A DNA stretch of 64,000 bases. Origin: Antedon mediterranea. Taxonomy: Eukaryota; Animalia; Echinodermata. The number at the start of each line of letters is the position of its first letter. Within the stretch, counting starts at the first letter, position 1. The notes beneath the pieces were generated by a model that saw nothing but the letters and a program-made list of their open reading frames with translations, was not told the DNA's origin and did no database searches. The stretch covers positions 12,755,432-12,819,431 of the forward strand of contig NC_092679.1 in the NCBI RefSeq assembly GCF_964355755.1, read 5' to 3'. This document shows, piece after piece, positions 1-12,490 of this stretch. A program made the translations under genes and the position numbers.

Positions 1-500
1 AAAATGCAAAAAATCAATTTCCATGCGTTTCATGTCATTTTAAGAATGTATAAATTCCCATGTGCGTACAAATGTTTACGCGCGTGGTGTGCATAGTGTT
101 ATAAAAATAATTGTTTGCATGAATTACATTTTTCCAGTACATTTAAAAGTAACACATAATAATGCCAACTTTAAGTCAATGGCTACCAGATGTCTCTGTG
201 AGACGGTTATTTGAACCAGTACCAGTACCAGTGTTTCTAGTAATTTTACCAAATTTGAAACCATTTTGACTTAAAATCATGTCAAACGAACATGTCAAAT
301 TAGACAATTTGTGCGCGTTTTTAATGAAAGAGTTAAACAATTTGTCAAAATTATTTTTTTTTTAACAGTCATACTTCCTAAAATAAACGCTGAAATTAAT
401 TTTTATTATATATTCTGGAAGGTGATGAGTTATAGATATCGGATCATGCATTAATATGGCTAACTGAACATTGTGATATCATCATATGACGTAATTACTT
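1..500 (+). mobile_element. Degraded internal fragment of the Helentron-type (HINE-like) family, in the last intron of FReD copy A
   Basis: Matches the array unit body (aatcaatttc..tgcgtttcatgtcatttt; ttctggaaggtgatgagttatagatatcggatcatgcattaatatggctaac). No termini are visible. Confidence 0.8.
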
Positions 501-629
501 TTCACATTCGCTTATAAAGATTTCATTAGTATTCAATCCAATGATATTAAAACATTTTGCCTTATGGAAAATTGATATAATAGATTGCATTGATTGCGTG
601 ATATTCAAATATTATTATTTTTATTTTAG

Positions 630-895
630 GTGATTCATTGACACTTCAAAACAATCACCAGTTTTCGACGTTCGACCAAGATCATGACACGTCTGGCTCA
701 TCCTGTTGTGTGTTATACAAGGGAGCCTGGTGGTATGAACATTGTCATGATTCAAATCTGAATGGATTGTACTTGGGTGGTACAACTGATCAGTATGCAA
801 AAGGTGTGGTGTGGAAAGATTGGAAAGATTACTACTATTCCTTGAAAACGACTGAGATGAAAATACGTGGAATTATTACAACAGTAAAAGGTTAA
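630..895 (+). CDS. Terminal exon (P-domain) of fibrinogen-related-domain gene copy A; upstream exons lie outside the window
   Basis: Acceptor ttattttag at 629, phase 1. Encodes [51 protein letters not shown], the fibrinogen C-terminal motifs. Confidence 0.9.
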
Positions 896-2559
896 TGGTA
901 GCATGATATAGTGAAGTTGATAACTTTCGCTATCTTTTGCTTTGTGAGTTAAACTCAGTGTATAATAGTTAATTTGAAAACCAATAAAATTCAAAGACAC
1001 TTTCCCTACGTTTTTCCATGTAATATAATTGATTGATTGATTTACTTTAGTAACCAGAGTCACACAGATACATACAATATAAACATATAAAACAATTATA
1101 AAATCAGTACAACAGTAAGACTCGATCAAGTTAAAAGGATAACCCAAAAAAGTAAAATACTTAATTCTATTTGAACACGGAAAAACAAATTGCACAGATT
1201 CCATACACAAATTATAAAGGAAGAAATTAAAAAGAAAAATCCAAGACGTAAAAAAAAAACTATGATTTAAAATGGTTAAAATTTGTATAGAATGGTTTAA
1301 AAAAAAATGGAAATTTATGTAAATACTATATTGGCCTATTGAAATATATGTTTTCATCTTTAAACGGTTACAAAAATGTGAAAAATAAGTCGTTTCTAAT
1401 AATTTAAGCAGCCCGCTATAAATACTAGCATCCATCGTGTACAGATTGATATTTCTGTTGATTTGAAACATCAAGAATTGCAGGGAAAGTGTCTTCACTA
1501 TGAACACATTTTATTTTTTAATTTGTTACAGAACCCATAATTAATAGATGACACAAAACAGCAAACGCAGAATAAAATGGAAAATAAGTGTGGAAATTTA
1601 ATACTGCAAAAAACAAAATAAATAAAGTTTAATGTGCTAGTTGTTTCCTATGTTTGTTTGTATTTTCTATTTAATATAGTTTGAGATTTGTGGTGGGTGT
1701 GGGTGTGGTGGGCGACAAACAGCATTGGTGTTAATATTTTGATATACGTTTGATATTAAATATTATTAAAAAGGTAGTCAATGGGTGTGGGAGGGGGGTT
1801 GTGGTGTATACTCTAGGGTAATCCTCATAATTACCCTGTTTTATAATAAATTTTTGAACTATAAACCAGTTGGTTGTTCTCTTGTAATATTAATAAATCA
1901 TGTGTTCGAATCTAGAGTTTTTCCATATTCTGTATTCAAAAAGTTAAAAGCCACCTATCTTAGCGAGCTCATTTGCATTTGTATAGCCAGATGGCATTAT
2001 TTTTAATTATTTTCTATTATAAAGAATTTCAAGATAGCTGATCTATCGTGATATTAGGTCTTAGGGGGTCTTAGCTTTCGTGATCTAAGGTTTTGTGACA
2101 TCCGCCTACTTAGCCTAGCTAGACCTAGGCTGAAAGACAGCAATACGAAACAGGCAACCGGAACTCATCTAGGCTAAATTATGTGTTTTCCAACGATTCC
2201 ACGTCTTGTAGAGATGTTTCCATTAATCGATCAAAATCCTAAAAATGATCTAAAGTTACTTTAAATGCCTTTTTGATCTAAATTAGTACATAAACCCTTT
2301 CCAAAAATGTACTTCCATCACCATGTCATAATAACATTTGCAACGAAAGTACAAAATAGGTGGCGCTGTTATATTTCAAAAGCAATAGTATAACAAAAAT
2401 ATTTCCAAAAGCGAACAGATTTTTTTGTTCATACACAAAAAAAAACTACTATTAAACGATCATTTAATAGTTTGTACTATTGCACTATTATAATATTGCC
2501 ATGTGACCCACAATCATCCAATCAAATGACAGGAATTTCTTTAGGTGTTATATAATATG

Positions 2560-3190
2560 ATCTAACAATCTTTGAGTTAAAAATATGTGTGGCATTTGGT
2601 ACAAATGACAGTCAGTTTCCTGACGTATTAGCTCTAGGAGCCTGTAGCCGGACTAACTTGTTCTTATAAAATCTTGTATGTAATGGATGTTTCTTATCTT
2701 CTAAAATTTTAATTAATTTACTTAAGACCTGTTTTTCATAAAGATATCTTAAATCATTAACACAACCAATTATATTTGATGCTATCTTAGTAATTTTAAT
2801 GAGACCTAAATTTCTTGTGTGTTTCATTTAAATTACCCAACCAGACAATGAAAGAGATAACTACTATTTGAATAACTGTTTCATAGAATAATTTCAAAGT
2901 ACAATTCAGCTAAAATTAAATTTATTTAGCTTTCTGAGGAAATATAACCTTTAGTGACATTTTTTAATTATCTTGGCCATATTTTTTTCAAAGTTGAATT
3001 GATCATCAATATGTGTACCAAGATATTTGGTTTCATATGAACACGTTCTGATTGTCTGATCATTAACTATCAGATAAATTTTTTCATTTTTCTTTTTCTT
3101 TAAATCCCATATAATTTCTTTAGTTTTTCTAAAATTTATCTTGTCACTGCACCATGACATTAATTTATTTCGTTTGAAACGGAAGTGTCA
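2560..3190 (-). mobile_element. Degenerate LINE ORF2 3' fragment (Rex1/Babar-like)
   Basis: Broken frames read WC..INFRKTKEIIWDL..KYLGTHIDDQFNF..LYFLRKL..KILEDKKHPLH, typical of the post-RT region of this clade. Confidence 0.7.
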
Positions 3191-4082
3191 CCGGTTTGGG
3201 CAAACATCTAATAATAATAATAATAATATTTATTCGGCAAAAGTTCATAAAGTACAATTCATCTTGCCAGGAGCAAGTAATAGGCATGAGCCCAAACAGA
3301 AAACTGCTCTTACTCCATCATTACTTATAAAATACAAAAATAACAAAACTAAGTAGCACAAATTAAGTCAAAATAAAACAAAACAAAACAAAGTTATAAT
3401 GAGATACACCAATTAAAAATAAGCTGCATTGAATAAACAATATAAACAATTACAACTTAATATTTTGAGATCAAATGTTTGGTGAGTTGGGATTTAAGGT
3501 CTGAAATTGTAGCACATTGTTTAATTTCATTGGGAAGTTGCTCCCATAATCTAGGGAAAATAACAAACGATGAATTTAAAAATGTATTGGTCTTTGCCTT
3601 CCAATGTATTAACCGCCCTTCACACCTCTCACTTGATCTCACAAACTCATTAAAGGATGAGGGACAGAGGCCATGCATTATTTTAAAACCTAATGTGAGT
3701 CTATACACTTTAAATATATCTTCAATACTTAAAATATTTAGGGTCTTTAACCTATATAAATATGAAGTGTCCCAATTTCCTTCTTTTCTGTACATAATTA
3801 TTCTAGTGGCCTTTCTCTGAACTCTTTCAAGTCTATACATATGAGATATTTCAGTGCCCACATACAACAACAGTAAATCACAACAGGTAGTATTAGTGCT
3901 TTGTAAAGATTTAGCATTGCCATCCAAGACATTGCTTTACTACATCTTGAAACAAAACCAAGAAGTTTGCTTGCCTTACTACAAACATAATCTACATGAG
4001 AGTGGCATGTTAATTTACTGTTGATATATACACCAAGTAGTTTAAATTCATGGACTCTTTCCGTTGAATCGGAATTGATATC

Positions 4083-6374
4083 TTAAGCAAATATGATGGG
4101 ATCTTTACACCTGGATAAACTCATTGCTGCCCATTTTGATGCATTTAATGGTAGTTTATTTAAAACTGACCATTCATAAATCTTATTTAAATCACTCTGT
4201 AACTTTATACAGTCTTCTAATTCATGAATAGGTCTTGAAATGGTATTGTCATCTGCAAATTGAAAAATTGAAGATTCTATACCATATTCCAGATCACTCA
4301 CATACAATAGAAACAAAAGAGGGCCAAGAACCGACCCCTGGGGTACCCCTGATATTACATTCTTCCAATGCGATATTTCACCTCTATAGATAACTCTTTG
4401 TTTTCTATTTAAAAGAAAATCCTGAATCCATTTATTTAAACCTTTGTTTAAGCCAATATTGTTAAGTTTCTTAATCAGACGCTTATGGGGTACTTTATCA
4501 AAAGCAGATAAAAAATCTAAGAAAATTACATCCACTTGCTTACAATTTTTTGCATCTAAACTTTGAGCCCATGAATGAAACGCCTTAGTGAGTAACAATT
4601 CAGTACTATAAGCATGTCTAAAACCAAACTGATTATCTGATAATATACTATTAGCCTCTAAGAAATTATTGATTCGGGTACACACAAGTTTCTCCATAAT
4701 TTTACAAACAATTGGTGTTAAAGACACAGGTCTGTAACTCTTAAAATCACCTTTAGGTTTTCCATGCTTTTTGAAAACAGGTACAACATTAGCAGTTTTC
4801 CACTGTTTTGGTAAAATGCCTTTTTCTAAAGATAAATTAAAAAAGTCGCACAACAATCGTGCTAGTTCTGCCCTACAAACCTTTAGAAATATGGGAAGTA
4901 AATTATCAGGTCCTGGAGATTTTGAAACAATTAAATAGTTTAATGCCTGATAAACCTCCATCACATTAAATTTCTCAAGTTCCATATAATGCTGAGGGAT
5001 AATATCAGAGTTGCAGAGCAAGTCATCATCATCATTATTACTGAAATTACTAGAAAATTGATAATTGAACAAATTTGCTATCTCTCTAGCATCTGTTACT
5101 ATAGCATCATTAATCTTAAAACTTATAACTTGTGAATCTTGTCTAATTGCCCTAATATATGCCCAAAATTGCTTTATATTTGAAGTAGCCTTATTTGAGA
5201 TGTCTAGAACATAATTTCTGTGACTACAATATATGGCTTTTTTCAGTTCCTTACTACAACACTTAAATCTATCTGTAGCTTCATTTGTTTTTAAAATCTT
5301 AGCCTTCCTATATAATTTTCTTTTCTTTGTACAAAGTTTCTTAATTTCTGTAGTAATCCATGGAAATGATTTAGTCTTATTTCTTTTCTTAATAAGCACA
5401 GATTTAGAAATAGCCTTGTTTATATTGTTCATTATACTATCCCAAATATTATTAATATTTTCAAACATAAAACAATTTTCCCAATTAAAATTAATTAATA
5501 TGCTTTTCATCTTTTCAAAATCTGCATTTTTTAGTGCATATACAGTTTTTGTTATAACTTTGTCACGTTGTTTTGATATCATTAAACATATCTCAATTGC
5601 CTCATGATCACATGAGTCAAAATTGTTAATAATTTGACATTTATCAATTAAAAGTAGATTACTAACAAAAGCCAAGTCCAAAAAGTGCCCATCCCCATTC
5701 CGTGTTACATAAGAAGGCTGATCTATTATTTGCACTAGTCCAGTTGCCATTGTTCCTTCTACCAAGCTTCCTGCTTGGGCAGATAAACCATTGTTCACAT
5801 TCAAACAATTCCAATCAACATGAATATTAAAGTCGCCTATGAGTAATACCTGTTTGTAATCAACAACTTTTGCTTGAACTTTATCTAGATTATCAATAAA
5901 GGAATTTAAATATTGAACATTTGAAGAAGGCGGCCTATAAAATACTCCTAATAAAATTTTACCTATATTACTATGACATTCTATCCAAATCAGTTCAAGT
6001 GTATCAACATTGAGATCTGTGCATAAAGATGGATTTAAACATGTTTTACAAGCAATTAAACCCCCCCCCCCCCCACCATGAGAATTTCTATCCTTTCTAA
6101 AAATGGTATAATCATTGTTTAAAAGCTGACTATCATATACTGTGCTATCGAGCCATGTCTCTGATATAGCAATGACGTCATGAGACGAAGAAGAAAATCT
6201 AGCATTGAAATCTAATAATTTGTTTTTCACACTTCTTATATTACAATAGAATAAACTTAACATTTTACTTGATTTTGTGTTACCTGAATTTACTATATTA
6301 CTGCTATCATTACTAGAATCATTGTTTATATTAATTTCATTTAATGTTATGTCATTATCATCAGCACTCTTCAT
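4083..6374 (-). CDS. LINE ORF2: AP endonuclease + reverse transcriptase, ends early; a broken C-terminus continues to 3457
   Basis: Motifs NIRS, ISETWL, GVFYRPP, GDFN, LDL, DH (APE); KSPGPD, YRPVSL, QFGFR, DFLSAFDKV, GVPQGSVLGPLLF, FADD (RT). LERVQRKATR appears in the downstream frame 3457-3927. Confidence 0.92.
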   Translation of the reverse strand: MKSADDNDITLNEININNDSSNDSSNIVNSGNTKSSKMLSLFYCNIRSVKNKLLDFNARFSSSSHDVIAISETWLDSTVYDSQLLNNDYTIFRKDRNSHGGGGGGLIACKTCLNPSLCTDLNVDTLELIWIECHSNIGKILLGVFYRPPSSNVQYLNSFIDNLDKVQAKVVDYKQVLLIGDFNIHVDWNCLNVNNGLSAQAGSLVEGTMATGLVQIIDQPSYVTRNGDGHFLDLAFVSNLLLIDKCQIINNFDSCDHEAIEICLMISKQRDKVITKTVYALKNADFEKMKSILINFNWENCFMFENINNIWDSIMNNINKAISKSVLIKKRNKTKSFPWITTEIKKLCTKKRKLYRKAKILKTNEATDRFKCCSKELKKAIYCSHRNYVLDISNKATSNIKQFWAYIRAIRQDSQVISFKINDAIVTDAREIANLFNYQFSSNFSNNDDDDLLCNSDIIPQHYMELEKFNVMEVYQALNYLIVSKSPGPDNLLPIFLKVCRAELARLLCDFFNLSLEKGILPKQWKTANVVPVFKKHGKPKGDFKSYRPVSLTPIVCKIMEKLVCTRINNFLEANSILSDNQFGFRHAYSTELLLTKAFHSWAQSLDAKNCKQVDVIFLDFLSAFDKVPHKRLIKKLNNIGLNKGLNKWIQDFLLNRKQRVIYRGEISHWKNVISGVPQGSVLGPLLFLLYVSDLEYGIESSIFQFADDNTISRPIHELEDCIKLQSDLNKIYEWSVLNKLPLNASKWAAMSLSRCKDPIIFA

Positions 6375-6416
6375 CTTAGCTACATTTATTACGGCTTCAT
6401 CTACTTTGCCATTTTT

Positions 6417-7391
6417 TCAGTGTTCAACTTGGCAAAATTTCGCTTTATGTCCTACTTGTTTACAAACCCAACACACAACTGCTTTTCCATGTCTGCAAAC
6501 TCGTCGTACATGTCCACTCTCGCCACAGAAATGACAATTTGCTACAGGCATGCTTTGATGATCTCTAGTGTGCGTGTTTCCAGTTCTTCTATTTTTCTTT
6601 GGTGATATTATTAACAGTACATTATTAATACTCTTAACCAAGGCTGATGTACCCCTCAAGTTAAGATGTAAACCATGACTTGTAAACTTTGATGAATCCA
6701 CTCCATATCGCGTAGTGAAAGCTCGGCTGTGATCAATAACAATGTTACCGAAAGAATACTTGAGCATTTCATTTACGTCAAATACGCGTCTGTTTAATGA
6801 AAGATCATCAAGTCTCGGGCAAATCGCTGAGATGAAAACCTCGCCTGTTATCCTCGTTTTAAGCCTTGATATCATATCGGTGTAGTCGTTCTTTAGTCTA
6901 TCTAAGTCAAAGTTGATATCGCAACAGTCATTTGTTCCAGCATGAATGACAACATTTTCTACATTGGTCAGATCGATCTCACATAATGTATAGTTAACTT
7001 GTTCCACAGTTGCTCCCCTTAATGTTCTGACAGATGTTTCACATAGGCCATTTGTCTTAATATGCTTCAGCATAGAGTCACCTATTATTAAATTTCTTTG
7101 TTGTTTAGCTGGAATTTGTTTAGCTGGAATTTGTTTAGCTGGAATCTGTTTAGCTGGATCCGGAATTTGTTTAGCTGGAATATGTTTAGCTGGAATTAGT
7201 TTAGCTGGAAATTGTTTAGCTGGAATTTGTTCGGCTTTCTTTGTAGGCTTTGGTGATCCATTATTGTAAGTAATGTTTTGCAAATTTTCTTCACAGACTT
7301 TGCCTTCTTCCCTAGTGATACTGAGGCAAGGGTTATTCAAATTAATAGATGTTTGAGTATTTGATTTTACAACTGATCTCTTTGCTAACAT
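6417..7391 (-). CDS. LINE ORF1 (SGNH esterase-like domain + two CCHC zinc knuckles); frameshifted coiled-coil N-terminus lies upstream (~7390-7700)
   Basis: IIGDSM, RGAT, HAGTND, GLHLN are the SGNH blocks. CHFCGESGHVRRVC and CWVCKQVGHKAKFC fit CX2CX4HX4C. Confidence 0.85.
   Translation of the reverse strand: MLAKRSVVKSNTQTSINLNNPCLSITREEGKVCEENLQNITYNNGSPKPTKKAEQIPAKQFPAKLIPAKHIPAKQIPDPAKQIPAKQIPAKQIPAKQQRNLIIGDSMLKHIKTNGLCETSVRTLRGATVEQVNYTLCEIDLTNVENVVIHAGTNDCCDINFDLDRLKNDYTDMISRLKTRITGEVFISAICPRLDDLSLNRRVFDVNEMLKYSFGNIVIDHSRAFTTRYGVDSSKFTSHGLHLNLRGTSALVKSINNVLLIISPKKNRRTGNTHTRDHQSMPVANCHFCGESGHVRRVCRHGKAVVCWVCKQVGHKAKFCQVEH
7098..7230 (-). repeat. 15-bp in-frame tandem repeat encoding (PAKQI)n in ORF1
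   Basis: About 8 copies of ttgtttagctggaat. Confidence 0.9.
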
Positions 7392-8375
7392 CTTGGTTGT
7401 TTGAAATCCTGTTCACTTACTAGTACCTGTAACGTCTTGACTTGTTCCTCTAATACAGCATTCCTATCAATAATTTCCTTATACGAGGATGAGAGATGTG
7501 CAAAATTTGCACGAACATCACGATATTCACTTAGTTGTTTCTTTAGATCTGCAATTTTATCCTCACAGCTCCTTAACTTTCTGCTTAGAGTAGAAGACTG
7601 TTCCCATGTTTCACCAGTCTGCGTTACAGCATCAGCAACAGATTCAACAGTTTGACATGAAATAGAATCTGTTTTTGTTGTTGTCAGTCTTGATTTTTAA
7701 CCACATCCAACAGTAATAGGAGTAGAGCAAACAGTTGGTACCACTAGAGAAACTTCACTATCAGATTTTAGATATTTATCTAGAAAACTATAACAGTACG
7801 CAGGAAAAAATTTGATTGGTTATAGGTCAAAATTTTGAATGCATGACTTTCATATCTTATTAAGCGTTGTTCACTAATCTTGAACCTTGAATTGTCGTAA
7901 CGAACGAAAGATAATTGTCATAAGTAATCTTTTCCTGGTTCAGACCTATGTACGCCGTGCCACGTACACTACAAAAGCATAACTCTGTAGGTCTGAACAG
8001 GCCCTTAGATGCTCACATAACTGAGAACACCTGTGAGTTATGTACTATTGAGTTACGGTCGAATAAATGGAATGCAGTTATGTGTGTTTTGTTATTGTAT
8101 TGGTGTATTGGTAGCTTTTAGGTTTCATGAATCAGTTTCCTAAACGCCCCGCAAAAAAAATCTTATCAATATTGATTGATAGATAGATAGTTTGGTTTTA
8201 GTACGTTTACTTAGCATATAGATAACCATCATAAGTTTGTCTATTACATACATGTTGAAATAACTATGTATGTATGATAATTAAAATGGCTTCATATTTT
8301 AATTTGTTGTTTAAAATTTAATTTAAAATAAAAAAAAAAACAGTACAGTCATTCTTTATTAAAATTATACACATA

Positions 8376-8608
8376 CTGTATATTCCATTAAATGTTATTT
8401 GTTTAATCTAATAATGATTTCCATGTTTTATGGATTGTATTATTTGTATAATAGATTTGTATTACACAAAGTGCTTACAAATGCTAATTTAGAATCAACC
8501 ATTTATGTAGCCCACTTGACTGCTAGGAAACTCCCAGCTGAAAATGATACATAAATAGAGCTGACTGGGGCTACCTTCCAAAAATTGATCACGGCTTTCT
8601 GATACTAA
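8376..8608 (+). promoter_or_regulatory. Distal half of the FReD copy B promoter, with a kappaB-like site at 8526-8535
   Basis: Colinear with 55696-55925 upstream of copy E exon 1. ggaaactccc is the reverse complement of GGGAGTTTCC. Confidence 0.65.
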
Positions 8609-8913
8609 AGCCTGGTTTCCTGTCGACGTAAGATTTGGAAATGCTAACGTTTGTTACGATTGTTGCGTTTGTTACGTCTCTTCCGTTAAGTTGAACAAAA
8701 GTGAACGTCGTTTTGATCGTTCTGAACCGCAGGCTCACGAGCCGATAACGACCCTTACGTAAAGTTGACTTTTTTAACTTCAAGCGCTTACGGTCGTCTT
8801 ATGATCGTTACGTAAAGTTGAAATTTTTTCTTACGCTTCTGTGTTTGCTCGATCGATGGTTGCCCATGTCAGGCAATTGTTTTTCAGGTAGGCAGCCTAG
8901 GCTTAGAAAGGCA

Positions 8914-9418
8914 CGCCCACATCTCGAATTTTGTGTTCAAGTATGGAATCCGTATCTTCAAAAGGACATAAATGTAATTGAAAGAGTACAACGTCGTGCG
9001 ACTAAATTAGTTCCATGTATCCGTTCATATTCATATGAAGATCGTTTAAAGTTTCTTGGCCTAACAACCTTGTATGACAGAAGAATTCGAGGTGACCTGA
9101 TTGAAGCATATAAAATTGTTAAAGATTTTGAGGGTGTAGCCAAGGATGACTTTTTCCAAATGAGAAGTAACATTAGCAGAATTACTCGAGGGCATCACCT
9201 GAGATTTTTCAAGCCTACTTTCCAGAAAGGATTGAACTGTAGAAGACATACCTTCTCGCAACGAGTAATAAACCATTGGAACAGTTTACCAGCCGACGTT
9301 GTCAATTCTGAGACCGCTAATACCTTCAAGAATCGCATCGACACAATGTAGTTGATATGGGGTTTAAAAAGGCACATCGCCTAAACTTTCCCATTATAAC
9401 TAAACTAAACTAAACTAA
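8914..9418 (+). mobile_element. 5'-truncated CR1-type LINE nested in the Harbinger element
   Basis: RPHLEFCVQVWNPY..IERVQRRATKLVP..RGDLIE..TRGH..FSQRVINHWNSLP..FKNRID, followed by an (AAACT)n tail. Confidence 0.9.
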
Positions 9419-9444
9419 GCATACATGCTGTGTGGCATATACTG

Positions 9445-9800
9445 TACATAGGCCTAGCTACATAAAACGGAAAATGCCTAGCTAGGCCCAGGCCCAGTCC
9501 TACATCATAACCACTACTATTTTACTGTAATATAGGCAAGAGGCCTGTACTAAAAATGTCCTAGACCGTAGCCTTCTTGTAGGCCTAGCCTAGGCGTACT
9601 TAGTAATACTAGGCCTAGCCTAGGCTAGCCTACTACTAAAAGCCTTTTTTAGGCCTACCTACTAGGCCTATATAGCCTAGGCCCCTAGTACTTAGTACTA
9701 GTAGGCCTCCTATACTAGCCTACTAGGCTAGGCCCGACAAACAAGTACTAGGCCTATCCCAATTAAGTGGACCACCATCTGTAGGCCTAGGCTAGCTTTG
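9445..9800. repeat. TAGGCCTA/CTAG/AGTACT-rich low-complexity tract
   Basis: Dense, irregular aggcct, cctagg and agtact palindromic words. Confidence 0.75.
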
Positions 9801-10444
9801 GAATTAGGCATAAATTCTCTTTTTTTTAGTGTGACTTTATTTTATATGATAGGCCAAATTAAAAAAAAAAACATTTTAACATTTTAATGTATTGGATCTA
9901 CACAATAATTCCAACTTCTAAACTGCAACAAAAATGATCTACAGTGAAACTCTTCTTTTACATGCCCTTTGGTTGGAATGTGTTTAAAAACTAAATGTTT
10001 GTAACTAAAAATGTTATCATACTGTACACATAATTATAACTAATAACAGTAGTTCAGCTGCTTAACAGGAAAATGCTATAAATTAAAATTTGTAGTCATT
10101 AACTTAAGAAAAACCAGTGAAAAACACTTTAAATATGTTTAATTATTTTTCTTTGATTTAAAATAATTATTGAAAAGCTTCAACACACTAGTTTTAAAAT
10201 GTTAAATATTTTTACAGAGCAAATTTTAAACACAAAATGAGGCCTATAATGATTCCAAAGTAAATACTGCCCAGTACATAGGAAATATCACACTTATTTA
10301 TTATTAACATTTTTACATGTGAACAGAAAGTCTGTTTCTAGTACCACTGAAAATTAAACAAAACATTGATATTGACATTGATAATGTATCAACATTGAAA
10401 GTGTATGTGTTGCATTTACAAATTGTTTTGCTTTATTAAATAGA

Positions 10445-10549
10445 TATACAAGAATGACACCAGAAAGATTGAATCAACTTGTGTCCTTAATTCAGCCCCA
10501 TCTGAAAGAGAGAAATTACAGTACAGTGTACCACAGTTTCAGAGTTTAA
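10445..10549 (+). pseudogene. Possible Harbinger transposase exon remnant
   Basis: YTRMTPERLNQLVSLIQPHLKE follows an AG acceptor and resembles the RM(S/T)PE.F..L..L..P helix of HARBI1-like transposases. It is short and recognised by eye only. Confidence 0.5.
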
Positions 10550-11689
10550 AAATATGTTTATAGTTTTATAGTACTCAACTTTTTAGATTTATTTAAAGGT
10601 TTAATTTCCTGTATCATATATATTGTGTGACACAGTGTATGCAAAGAAAGTTACTGTATATCACTTAAGGTAATCAGTAAACGTGTTTGTGTTTGCTTTT
10701 TAAAAATGTATTTAGTTAATAAGTAAGTAATTATAGTATTTAGTTAGGTTTGATTGTCGGTATTATATATTCTGTATGCCATGGTGTATGCATCTATTGT
10801 TTTTGAGAATTTATATAAATGGCCTAATCCATAAAATAGTATTGTGCAGAATGTATTTGTAAATAAATTTATTTAACAAGTATATTTACTGTATGCTTCT
10901 TATTATTAAGTGTGGAGGGATATTGAATGGCAATATTATTTAATAACTATATTATTATTACTATTATTATCATTATTATTAATTGTTATTAAATATCTTA
11001 CCTTCTGTATTTAATATTACATCTACTGCATCAGAGTCTAATAGCATGCTTCTTATAACAAAAACATTGATTAGAAAAACTCAGATGGAGCAAATAGTGC
11101 CGGTTTAAATTGTTTAAAAACATCGAATCATTTCTCCTAATAAAAGAATAGTTAATGAACTTAATTACCGGAAGGAGAATATGTCAATAAAATAAAGAAA
11201 AGTGTGAATAGAAAGAACTTGAATAATTGTACGTTTTTAATATAGGGCTAATTTTTATCCTTTTTTGGTAAAGAGGTGTTGTAAAAAAGCTGCTTTATGG
11301 CAAGCCAAGTCCGCCAAAAGTCCTCAATCCATACCATTCAACAACAATACATTCATGTAAACAATCAACGTGAACCTACATCATTCACCGTCCAGCCACA
11401 CCATTTGTTATCATTTCATTCAATTCATTGTCAAGTAAAACCATTCATTGTCAAGCCATGCATTGTCATGTGAAATCATTCATTGTCAAACCAACCCATT
11501 CATCGTGAAGTCACATCGGTCGCCGTCAAGTCAAACGATTCATCAAAAAATCATTCATCGTGAAGTCAGATCGTTCATCGTGAAACCAAACCCTTCACCA
11601 TGAAGTCAAATTGTTCATCGCCAGACCAATCACCTTGAAGCCAAACCAATCATCATGAATCTATTTGTTTCATGACCAAGCCAAACCGT

Positions 11690-12490
11690 TCGTCTTCAAG
11701 TCATTCATCGTTACGTCATTCATCATTAAGTCGTTCGTCCACGAGTCATTCGTCTCAAAGTCGTTCGCCTTCAAGTCGTTCGTCCTAAAGTCATTCGTCT
11801 TCAAGTCGTTCGTCCTTAAGTTGTTCATCTTCAAGTCGTTCGTCCTCAAGTCATTCATCATTAAGTCAGTCATCAGTAAGTCAGTCATCATTAAGTCATT
11901 CATCATTAAGTCGTTCGTCCTCAAGTCAGTCATCATTAAGTCATTCATCCTCAAGTCGTTCATTCTCAAGTCGTTCGTCCTAAAGTCATTCATCATTAAG
12001 TCATTCATCATTAAATCATTCGTCATTAAGTCGTTCGTCCTCAAGTTGTTCGTCCTCAAGTCATTCATCATTAAGTCGTTCATCATTAAGTCATTCATCA
12101 TTAAGTCGTTCGTCCTCAAGTCGTTCGTCCTCAAGTCATTCATTATTAAGTCATTCATCATTAAGTCGTTCGTCCTCAAGTCGTTCGTTCTCAAGTCGTT
12201 CATCATTAAGTCGTTCATCATTAAGTCATTCATAATTAAGTCGTTCGTCCTAAAGTTGTTCATCATCAAGTCGTTGGTCTTCAAGTTGTTCATCATAAAG
12301 TAGTTTGTCCTCAAGTTGTTCATCATCAAGTCGTTCGTCTTTAAGTCATTCGTCTTCAAGTCGTTCGGCCTAAAGTTGTTCATCATCAAGTCGTTCGTCT
12401 TCAAGTCGTCCGCCCTCAAGTCATTCATCATAAAGTCGTTTGTCCTCAAGTTGTTCATCATAAAGTCGTTTGTCCCCAAGTCGTTCATCG
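11690..12490 (+). repeat. 15-bp minisatellite in the left arm
   Basis: aagtcgttcgtcctc / aagtcattcatcatt variants. Confidence 0.95.

Larger units (their letters stand above)
3209..7800 (-). mobile_element. Near full-length CR1/L2-group LINE (ORF1+ORF2), inactivated; 5' boundary approximate
   Basis: ORF1 esterase plus CCHC, ORF2 APE plus RT, and a 3' UTR ending in AATAAA followed by a (TTA)n tail at ~3209-3235. Confidence 0.9.

Noticed and set aside
752-1507. 251-aa minus-strand ORF
   Set aside because: It has the low-complexity F/I/L/Y composition of AT-rich DNA, is antisense to a FReD exon, and is not preserved in paralogous flanks.
3479-6605. Plus-strand ORFs overlapping the LINE (and minus-strand ORFs over Gypsy pol)
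   Set aside because: They are antisense shadows of real retroelement coding sequence.
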